Source of the DNA: Lama guanicoe
Lineage: Eukaryota
NCBI GenBank assembly: GCA_013239625.1
Contig: MU053513.1
Location: 1,786,927-1,850,926, forward strand
Direction of reading: 5' to 3'
Length of the DNA stretch: 64,000 nt
Of the stretch, positions 53,713 to 64,000 are shown piece by piece. The notes beneath the pieces are model-generated. The model searched no databases. It was not told the origin of the DNA and saw only the letters and a list, made by a program, of their open reading frames with translations. The position numbers were made by a program, and so were the translations under genes. Within the stretch, counting starts at the first letter, position 1; each line of letters begins with the position of its first letter.

Positions 53713-53775
53713 AATAGATGTTCGTATGTTGGCTGTGGTGAATCACAAGTAGATCATAGCACCATACATTCTCAG
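53713..53775 (+). CDS. USP33: USP33 exon (zf-UBP domain)
   Basis: tgtag| ... |gtatgt, 63 nt, NRCSYVGCGESQVDHSTIHSQ. Confidence 0.95.
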
Positions 53776-54923
53776 GTATGTATATAGAAAAATTTCATGC
53801 AAGACATTTTTTAAAGAGAGCCTGAAGGAAAGGAAAAGTAAATACAACATTATTAATTCAAGTTGTAACTGAGATAAAAAATTTTGCCTCCCCTCTTTTT
53901 TTACATAAAAGATGTTAAGCCTTATCTTATGAAAAGGTAGGGAGAGGAATTGCTAAGAAGACCAATATTAGAATGAGGTTGTAATTAAGAGAGTAGAGAT
54001 TTAAGAAGTGTACATCCAGATGTGTGGAGGTGATAGCTGGAATTTTAGGAAGATATGGGAGTTGAAGTCAAAAGTGGATGTCTAGGCTTATGACAGTACC
54101 TGGCTAACTTCAAGTCTCAGCTTATATTACCCTTTCCTGTACATCCTCTTATCTGGTGTCCCCTTTCTACTTCACCCTGGTTGTTTGGTGTTCCTGTGCA
54201 ATTCGGGCATGCCTCTTCTATAGTATCAGATAGATCTCCCGTTCTAAAGTATCCATTTCTTGAGAATGAGCTGTATTTTTCATATTGATCTCTATGGCAT
54301 CACCTGTCCTCATCCACGGTTCCTCAAGAGACTTAGTTAAGCCTGAATACACCAAGGCTCTCAGGCATCATTGTACATAGTTAATTTATTTCTCTTTGGT
54401 GTATCTAGACTGGTGGTACTATGTACCATTCTTGGGAGAATTGAGAAAAGAGTTAACTCATTTTCTATACGGCATTGTTCTCTTGCAGAACTCTACTTGA
54501 GAAAGGCTAGAGTTTCACATATCCAAGATCACATTCACTGTTGCTTGAGCTGTTTTGTGCTTTGATTTGTCATTTGTGTTTTTTTGCCATTCTGATCTCC
54601 TAGAATAGTTATTGTGCTATTGTCAATTATTGTCTTGTATTGCTAACTGCAAAGCAAAATCTTAAAATAACTTGTGTTTATCTTTATAGTGAATAGTGGT
54701 GAAAAATGATAATAGAATAACTTCTAGAGTAGGCTTAGATATTGTTACTGTTCACTATGCTTTAGCAGTCTATCTAAATAGTGTTTCTTTAGTACTCCAG
54801 TTTAAATCTTCTCTTTTGAGTGTATTCATCAAAGGCTAGCAGTTTATCTTTATAATCTTTTGAAATGTTTTCAGCTATAACTAATTTTGGTTCCTCTTCT
54901 CCCTCACCCATGAAACTGTACAG

Positions 54924-55076
54924 GAGACAAAGCATTACCTAACTGTGAATCTTACTACTCTTCGAGTGTGGTGTTATGCTTGCAGCAAAGAAGTATTTTT
55001 GGATAGGAAATTAGGAACCCAACCTTCATTACCTCATGTAAAACCGCTTCACCAAACACAAGAAAATAGTGTCCAG
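54924..55076 (+). CDS. USP33: USP33 exon (end of zf-UBP domain)
   Basis: tacag| ... |gtaatc, 153 nt, [51 protein letters not shown]. Confidence 0.95.
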
Positions 55077-57247
55077 GTAATCATCTAAATCTATTATATA
55101 ATTAAAATACCAAATATCTTCGGGTAATAATTTCAGAATTTGTCATGTAGTTGAGATTTAAAAGACTCCTACCAAACTCATAGTTTAATTCAGCTCTCCT
55201 TTCCTTATTTCCCCCTCTGCTTCACCCCTACTGTGAACATTTTACTAATTTATTGAAAACCAGTTAGAATAGATTAAAGGTTAGCATCATATCTTTGATT
55301 ACAAAATATATGTAAGCCTGCAAAGATGGGTCACTTAATTTTGGGATTTCTAGTCACATAAAATAGGAAAGGGAAATGTGACAATAAGAATAGTTGGCTT
55401 CTAACTTACTCTAATCATCAGTGCTCTGTATGGTTTAATTAACCCATAAATTAATTTTTTTCCTCATGTATGTTATAAAAATCACATTGTATTTTTAAAC
55501 TTGTGTTTGATAACAGCTCTCTTAGATTTTTTCTGTTGTATCTTTGTATCACATTCTGATGGTAGATATTTGTGATAATAAACTTGCTTGTCTCACACAT
55601 TATATAACTTAAAGTGACTAGATTTTAGACAAGGTATACTCGTTGCACTTTAGATTCAGTTGAATAACTCTAGTTAATAAATCGCCATTATTATATTTCA
55701 CCCACTGACACCTATATATCATTCAGAAATGTGGTGGTTTTTTTGGGGGGGGGGTTTATAAAGTTCAATGATTCTTTATTGTTTTTAGAAAAATGTCCCA
55801 TTTTTTCTTTTCAAGAGTGCTTCCAACCTCTTTAATATTATAATACATTTAAAATCATAATATGTATGTGGCTTATAGGGGTATACTGGAGCCAAGGGGT
55901 TTGATGAGTCTACATGTAGCCCTGGTTTTAAAAAATGTTTTTTTTTTTTTAATGCCCTGGTAGTTTGAAAATAAACAGCTATCTGTTGCCATTTCTGCAC
56001 AAATAGATTATGATTGCAAACTCTTAATGAGTGCTGAGTCTGGTTAAATGAATATACTGATGCTTTTCTAATGGCTTATGAGTAATTTTATGGTGAGTTA
56101 TGTTTATAACTCATAAAAGGCATGAATTTAATTTCATGCAATTTCCTGATGATCACATTGTTGAAGAAATTACTCCGAAGAAAAAAAGTTATTTGTACAA
56201 ATTTCTTTAGAAATTAGGCTGTTTGAACACCCTGTTCATCAGAGCATTAATTATGAAATTAACAATATTGGTAACCAGATGTCATTAAGATTTTTCAAAC
56301 AGTTTTCTAGGAGGTAAGATTTTGAATGATTTTTTTTTAAGCCTCTATATTTCTCTGTATTGAGAAATGAGAAGATGGGGCCAGTCCAAATGTCTATTAT
56401 CTAGATGCCAGGAATGTACATATATAAAGTGGGTGTGTGTAAGTGCATATGTATGCCTTGTGGAAGTGGAATAAGGCTATAATAAGCTGGAGAATCAGCA
56501 GATGGTAAGTCCATGCTGCTATTCAGTTTCCTCTTCCCACTAACTTTTGCTAAGTTGGTCCAATATACTTTGATCTGCTATTACAAGAGAACTTGCAAAA
56601 TCTGATTTTTATGTGAGCTCTCCCAATTTTTAAAATATTAACTCAAAGTTTTGCTTTTGTTTTGTTTTTGTACTTTTTTTTTATAAGTGTGGACTAATAT
56701 TTGACCAACAAGTGACCAGTTGCAATCTCTTGAATTAATCCAATTCTCAGGAATTAATATTGGGATTTTTTTTTTATAATTTTAAACTACTTCATATGTA
56801 TAAAAGGATGCAAACTAGCTTCAGTAAGAAGTACCAGGAGAATTACAGATGCAGATAAGTTGGTGTATTATGATGGAGAAACTTCAGTATTTTTTTTCCT
56901 GTAGAAAGTTGGCAAAAATCTGTAAAGAATGTAGGATATGTGCTCTTAGGTCTTTGTGGCTGAAATGTGATCTCCCTGAATTGGAGTTAATTGTGTTTAA
57001 ATTCAGGAAAGTCACAAGGGGCTTTGTTATTCAAGTGCATACGTTAGTAAAAGTGACATGCTGGTACCTAGTATAGTACCTTATTACTTTCAAAATATAA
57101 ACATAAATTTTACTCTAATACTTTGATTTCTTGGAGTTGTATATAATCATTTAATATTTAGAGTGTAGATAAACATATGAGAAAAAATTTTTTTTAGAAT
57201 TTTAATTTAAGGATTTGTTCAAATCTGCTATCTTTTCTGTTATCAAG

Positions 57248-57350
57248 GATTTTAAAATACCCAGTAACACAACACTAAAAACTCCTCTAGTTGCTGTATT
57301 TGACGATCTGGATATAGAAGTGGAAGAAGAAGATGAACTTAAGGCCAGAG
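57248..57350 (+). CDS. USP33: USP33 exon (acidic linker)
   Basis: tcaag| ... |gtaaac, 103 nt, [34 protein letters not shown]+G. Confidence 0.94.
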
Positions 57351-57704
57351 GTAAACTAATTCTCCTGTGTAACACTCTCTTGTCTGGCACTGCCCATGTG
57401 TTTAGAAAACTTTTTACTAAAGCCTATGGTTCTGAGTTTAAACTATCTGTATATGATTTAGTACAGATTTTTTCTGGTCTGTAATTGATATAAGGAAATT
57501 TTAACCCTTTAGGTGTGTATTTAAATAGTTATTTGAAAATTAACACTTTGGTATAACCCTGGCTTCTCTGAGTTGTTCAAGTTGCTGTTTGTATTTCCAT
57601 AATGTATTTTGTATTTCCTGAGCAAGTTTGGGAACATAATGATTACCTAGTTACGTATTCAGTAAACACTCCCAAAATTGAGTCACGGTATTGTTGAATA
57701 ATGA

Positions 57705-57800
<96 letters not shown>

Positions 57801-58934
57801 TAAGTAGAGAAATTAATTTTGTTTTGTTAGTATAGCTTTTTAAAGTTACTCTTGGAGCAGAAAACCATGCTGCTATAGTATGCTCAGGAAAAAAAAAGGA
57901 GGAGTGAGAGGAGAAAGAGGAGAAAAGAAAGTAATAGTAGTACTACTACTATTAATATTAACACGGGAAAGAGTTAACAATTCTATTCATTTCCCCTAGC
58001 CAACAGGGTCTCATAAATCCCTTTGTGTATCTCTTCCCTCACCCCTCTCAATAAATATCACTCTCCCCCTTTCTGAGATGTCCCCACTTAGAAAATAACT
58101 AAAACCTAAATATGTAACTATTCCTGGAAAAGTTATTTCTTCTTTCTTGTTGAGTAACTCTTAAGGTAGAGCTGGCAAGAAGCTGGGTTGGGACACGATC
58201 CGTTGTTGTCCCACTGGAGTTAGTCTGTTCATGTCTGTAGTTGTCTAAGACTGCTGACCCTGGCTCAGATCCTAGGTCGTTGTATGTCTTTGAGGAAGTT
58301 AGTTGTTTGTCTTTGAGGAAGTTAGTTGTATTTACATCTGAATAAGGAGCTTGAACTAGTTAATTCCCCAAATCACTTTTAGTTCAGAGATCCTAGGAAA
58401 ATATTTTCTGTTTTTCAGTACATGGAAAGTCTCTAATAAAGTATTTGGATTTTCTTTTGTCTTAATCCTGGTCCTGTAAAGTAGGTAAGGGCAGGCTGGA
58501 CTGTTCTGTGGGCGATCACCCAGGGAAGAGAGGAAGTCATAGGGCCAAGTTCTAAGAAAACGTGATATTTAGATATCTGGTAAGAGCAGAAAAAATAATA
58601 AAGAGGGGAAAATATTGCCAGAAGGGTAAAGAAAAAAAGTAGAAAAGTGCATTACATGGGTCAAGAGAAGGGAGTAAATCACCTTTGACAAATGCTGCTG
58701 AGAGGGAAATGAAAGGTGCTGACTGGATCTGGCAGCGTTGCAGACTCTGATGTGATGAGTCAAATCTGGTTTGATGGGTTGAACAAGATTAGGAAGAAAT
58801 GAATGTGAAGTTGTAAAAGGGAGCAAAGAAATAATAGATACAGGGCTCTATGTGCTGTCAATTCACTGAATGACTAGAAGTCAGTTAATACTAAGCTTTG
58901 ACTCTGTTACAACATTTTTGTTTTTTGAAACTAG

Positions 58935-59048
58935 CCCGCCTTTGACACAGTTTTTTCTTGATTGTGGAGGACTAGCCCGAACAGATAAGAAACCAGCTAT
59001 TTGTAAAAGTTATCTCAAACTGATGACAGAACTGTGGCATAAAAGCAG
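58935..59048 (+). CDS. USP33: USP33 exon (catalytic domain)
   Basis: actag| ... |gtatgt, 114 nt, (C)[37 protein letters not shown](R). Confidence 0.95.
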
Positions 59049-59630
59049 GTATGTACTTGTACTTAATAGGTTTATTTTCTTTATTATATTTTTAAAATGA
59101 ATATCATAAATACTAGACATTTGCAGGTGCATCTATAGAGATAAAAAAAGGAGAAGAGAAGCATATATGAGACAATTCAGTTTTGGGCATGTTACGTTTG
59201 AAACTGAACATCCAAAAGAAGTATCTGAACTGGAGATAAAATGTTGAACTGCTGAAGCTGCTGTTACTGACGCTTTTGAATTTTAATTCAGGAATAGGCA
59301 TTGTCACAATGCTAAAATCTGACCATAGAGACATATATAAATGTTTATGTTTCTGCTTATGCTTATTTGCATTAAAGTATAGCATTAGAAGAATAATTGT
59401 TTGCTGTAATATTTTACTGTTTTTGTATTAGAACTATTGAGAAAATTGCTTTTGATGGTTTCTAAGAACTGCTCACCTTTACTCCTAAGAAAATAATCAA
59501 CAAAGCTTTAACATTGTTATATTCTTAAGTGCCTCAGTTTTCTTTGAGATATTTGACTCCCTAATAAAGAGTATCTCTTAAGTTAAAAATTTGTTATTGA
59601 CTGTTACTTCAGTATGCTAGGAAAAGAGGA

Positions 59631-59777
59631 TTTTTTTGTGGAGGGGAAAGGGGAGATAATTAGGTTTAATAATTTATTAATTTTGTTTTTTTTTTCATGG
59701 AGGTACTGTGGATTGAACCCAGGACCTTGTGCATGCTAAGCACACAGTCTTTACCACTGAGCTTTATATACCCTCCT
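59631..59777 (-). mobile_element. tRNA-Ala-derived camelid SINE
   Basis: ggaggtactgtggattgaacccaggaccttgtgcatgctaagc...taccactgagc is the reverse complement of the SINE head. Flanked by gaaaagagg repeats at 59621 and 59781. Confidence 0.83.
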
Positions 59778-60113
59778 TTAGAAAAGAGGGTTTTAATGAG
59801 TTCTTTTGGAATGTGAAGATAAATCTCATTCACATCTCTAACATTCAAGAGCCAGAATTGTCTATTCTCATTTAGCCCTATTAGATATTATGCACTGCTG
59901 CCACAGGCTCTGTTTCTAAATTCCTTTGTGCAAAGGTAGAGCTAGCCCTTAACTACTATATTTAAGCTTCTTTGCCCTGAAACTATGGTTTAAACTTAAT
60001 ATTCTTGGACGTTTACTAACTTCAGAAGTGTTGTAGTACAGAATTCTAAGCAATTAAATCTCACATCTGGTTAACTTTTCATTTTTGTTTTCATGGGTAC
60101 TTGGTTGGTTTAA

Positions 60114-60290
60114 ATTTTTTTGTTGTTGAAGTATAGTAAGTTTACAATGTTGTATCAATTTCTGGTTTACAGTATAATGTTTTAGTCACACATATACATA
60201 CGTCTATTCCTTTTCGTATTTTTTCATCATAGGTTACTACAAGATGTTGAATATAGTTCCCTGTGCTATACAGTAGAAACTTGTTTGTAC
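60114..60290 (-). mobile_element. Short L1 3' end
   Basis: gaatatagttccctgtgctatacag is the reverse complement of the L1 tail motif at about 12920-12950. Confidence 0.75.
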
Positions 60291-60599
60291 ATTTTTTAGT
60301 GTACTATGTATACTTAATTATCCCATACTTTTATGTAATTAAAATATTATTTTAAGCAATTAGAAGTATTTTTGAAAAATTACATTGTACAGCATGATCA
60401 TTTCATTAAGGAGAACTATAAAGTGTAGCTTAAATATCAGAAATAAGTTATTTAATGAGCCTATGAAATGTACTACTGGAACTTAGAATGATTCTTTGAA
60501 ACACAAATAATTTTCACCTTAACTCTTTGAATTCTTTATGCTCATTTCTAAAATAAAAACTAAAAATCACAAATTTATGAAAAATATTTTCTTCCTCAG

Positions 60600-60678
60600 G
60601 CCAGGATCTGTTGTGCCTACTAATCTGTTTCAAGGAATTAAAACTGTAAACCCAACATTTCGGGGGTATTCTCAGCAG
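60600..60678 (+). CDS. USP33: USP33 exon (catalytic domain)
   Basis: cctcag| ... |gtaagt, 79 nt, [26 protein letters not shown]. Confidence 0.95.
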
Positions 60679-61392
60679 GTAAGTCTTTATTGCTTTTTAT
60701 TCATAATATTAATCTGTAATGCATTTGTAAAATACTATTATGCATTATGCTATTACATAGTCATTTGTATTTCTTCCCTTATAATTTATTTTACTTGTCT
60801 ATTTACTTTGGGGGGTTATCACTTAATAATGTCTTTATTTGCTAAAAATAATAACCCATTTTATTTTTTGCTTATATTCTTCTACCTTTCTCTTAACTTC
60901 ATATTTTTCCAGAAATTTTAAGTTTGGGGGTATGTTAACATGTCAGTGTACTCTAGCGCTTTTAGCTTTGAAAAGTTCCACATCCAGAGATAAATTTTTA
61001 CCTATATTTTCTGTATTTATGATTTAATTAAAAATTGAATTCTTTAGTACATCTGTCATGTATTTCATATCATAATATGATCCAAATTTAATTTTTCACA
61101 GCTAACAAATTGTACCAAATTAAAGAATTTTCTTATCTGATTTTAAGTTTCTTCTTCATTTGTATGCTTACATTAATACATGATTGAGTCTTTTTCTGGA
61201 CCCTCACATATTCTTTTTCAAAACATACCTGTACCCTGTTCACTTTTTTCTGGCGCAAATTCTTGGGTCACAGAGACTGATTTGGTAGATATGAGATATA
61301 AGTTGAGGCCTATGGATTTGTATTTTTAGTAAACATTGCAGGCTGATCAAGGATTTTTCTTTGAGATATAGTACAAAATTAGATAAAGCTTT

Positions 61393-62460
61393 TAAAAAGT
61401 TATTAAAATTTTAAAATTTCAGTTAATTTTTTATTGCATGAAAAATTCCTTAAATTCTTAAGTGCTTTACAATTTTCAAAAGTTTCACATACATGATTTC
61501 ATATAATCCCATATTAACTCTTTTTTTCCTCCTTACACTTATATTGCCCACCTCCCTTTCCTTCTCACAACTGGTAACTACTAGTTCTCTATATCTTAGT
61601 CTGGTTCTTTTTTGTTTTATTCACTAGATTGCTGCATTTTTGAGATTCTCTATATAAATGGTATCATACAGTATTTGTCTTTCTCTGTCTGACTTATTTC
61701 ACTTAACATAATGCCCTCACAGATCCATCCTTATTGCTGCAAATAGCAAAATTTCGTTCTCTTTTTATAGCTGAGTAGTATTCCATTCCATACACACGTG
61801 CTCATGCACACATGCACACATGTACATCACATCTTTATCCATTCATCTATTGATGGACCCTTAGCTTGCTTCCACATCTTGGCAATTATAACTGATGCTG
61901 CTATAAGCATTGTGGTGCTTGTATCTTTTCAAATAAGTTTTTTTTTTCCCCCCCAGATATATACCCAGGAGTGGAATTGCTGGGTCATATGGTAGTTCTA
62001 TTTTTAGTTTTTTGAGAAACCTCCATTCTGTTTTCCACAGTGGGTGTAGCAATTTACATTCCCAACAGTATACGAGGGTTCCCTTTTCTCCACATCTTTG
62101 CCAACATTTTTATTTATGTTCTTATTGATAATAGCTGTTCTGACCTGTGTGAGGAGATAATCTCACTGTGGTTTTGATTTGCATTTCCCTGATGATTAAC
62201 GATGTTGAGTGTCTTTTCACATGCCTGTTGGCCATCTGTGTTTCCTCTTTGGAAAAATGTGTGTTCAGGTTTTTTAACTGGGTTGTTTATTTTTTTGGTG
62301 GTGTTATATGAGCTGTTTATATATATCGGATCCTAACCCTCATATTGGTCGTATCATTTGCGAATATCTTCTCCCATTCAGTAGGTTGTTCATTTTGTTG
62401 ATGGTTTCCTTTGCTGTGCAAAAGCTTTCAATTAGGACCCATTTGTTTATTTTTGCTCTG
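61393..62460 (-). mobile_element. 5'-truncated L1 (about 1.07 kb) with TSD
   Basis: ORF2 C-terminus [26 protein letters not shown] tagataaagcttt at 61380-61392 and 62461-62473. Confidence 0.85.
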
Positions 62461-62821
62461 TAGATAAAGCTTTCATTTTATATTTGAACTTAGGCCATCT
62501 CTCTGAATTCTGATTGTTAGATGAGGCATGTTTTCTTTATACCTAATACTTCTCCAGTTTTTTAAAATGGCAGCAGCACCAAAAGCTGATCTCAAGATCA
62601 TCTTCAGTTTTTTAAATTACTTTAGTTGTATTTAAACAACTTTTTAGAACTTAGTACTTCCTATCCTTCCAGTGCCTTAGATTCTACAGAGTTGTATTAC
62701 CTCAGTATAATGCTACACATTTAGAAATCAGTTGCTAACCACATTTATATATTTTTCCCTCAAATTTCTATATACACATATTTTAAATGAAATAGTAATA
62801 TCTATGTTGCTTATATATTAG

Positions 62822-63239
62822 GATGCTCAAGAATTCCTTCGGTGTTTAATGGATCTGCTTCATGAAGAATTGAAAGAACAGGTCATGGAAGTAGAAGAGG
62901 ATCCTCAAACTGTAACGACTGAGGAGACCATGGAAGAAGACAAGAGCCAATCAGATGTAGATTTTCAGTCCTGTGATTCTTGTAGCAACAGCGATAAAAC
63001 CGAAAATGAAAATGGCTCTAGAAGCTTCTCTGAAGATAATAATGAAACAACAATGTTAATTCAGGATGATGAGAACAATTCAGAAATATCGAAAGATTGG
63101 CAAAAAGAGAAGATGTGCAATAAAATTAGCAAAATAAATTCTGAAGGAGAATTAGATAAAGATAGAGACTCTTTGTCTGAAACAGTTGACTTGAACAACC
63201 AGGAAACTGTCAAAGTACAAATACACAGCAGAACTTCAG
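62822..63239 (+). CDS. USP33: USP33 exon (QQDAQEF box continuation and acidic insert; gene continues beyond the right edge)
   Basis: attag| ... |gtgata, 418 nt, [28 protein letters not shown]...[10 protein letters not shown]. All exon phases chain without a stop. Confidence 0.95.
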
Positions 63240-64000
63240 GTGATAATTTTTATAATTTGCAAGTGATAGTGTTTCATTTCTAGACAAAGAGTATGAGATA
63301 TATTTGTATTTAAGATTATATTTGTTATTTTACCATTTTCTGATTTTGGGGGGGCATTAGCCTAGCATGTGACTAAAATTAGAACACATTTCTAATTTAC
63401 ATGTTAATGTTCACAGTTTATATTTGGCATAATAAAAATGAGATAGAATAATTGATAGCTTTAGCTTAATTTTTGTGTGTAGTATATGACATTATAGTTC
63501 AACCATACTGATTTGAAGAAAGAGGGGTGTTACTTTGGGATTTTTCTAACTAGTAGAGTTTAGCAGTATTTGCATGTGAGTGTTTAGTTAATGTCAATTA
63601 AGGCAGATTTGGTTGAGATCTGCAGAATTGCAAAATAACCCAAATTGTAGACTATTAGATATAGATTGCTATCATTGAAGTTACATCAGCTATGAAATGT
63701 TTGTTATATGTTTTGATGTAGGAGTTTAATTAATTATAATGAACCCTGTTATGACAGATTATACTGTAATACTGGTCAGTGTTTCTTTGAGAAAGAGCAG
63801 GTAGCCAAATGAAAGATAGTTGAGCTAGGTTGCTTTGCAGTGTGCATTTGTTTCTTCTAGGGTTAACTCATCTTGGCCTAAGGTGTTATTTAATTTAACG
63901 AAGCACGTAAAATTAAACCATCAGAGGTTCAGATTCTCTGATCTCAATATAAGTGGCAGACAAGGAACAAAAAAATTACATTCTGTAATTACTGAAGAGT

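Noticed and set aside
58285..58329. Short two-copy direct repeats (also 26703-26738, 29322-29355, 29574-29599) as CRISPR-like arrays
   Set aside because: Ordinary slippage duplications without spacers, in a mammalian genome.

Overview
Mammalian (eukaryotic) genomic DNA, most likely a camelid, judged from tRNA-Ala-derived SINEs of the Vic-1 type. Two housekeeping genes lie head-to-head. MIGA1/FAM73A (mitoguardin 1, minus strand) has exons 1-4 here and continues off the left edge. USP33 (deubiquitinase, plus strand) has a non-coding exon 1 and nine coding exons covering the zf-UBP domain and the Cys box, and continues off the right edge. Each gene has its own CpG-island promoter (about 22.5-23.1 kb and 32.2-33.1 kb). 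The rest is intron or intergenic DNA dominated by LINE-1 fragments (including one near full-length antisense copy in USP33 intron 1), SINEs, a MaLR LTR and DNA-transposon relics. Almost all ORF-track entries outside the exons are chance ORFs or decayed L1 ORFs. I found no convincing wholly new biological system. The best leads are a tailless 5'-half tRNA-Lys retrocopy, an apparent orphan retrotransposed fragment, absence of the human-type MIGA1 start codon plus a possible uORF, and a possible CUG-initiated N-terminal extension of USP33. Gene and repeat names come from my recollection of known sequences, not from a database search.
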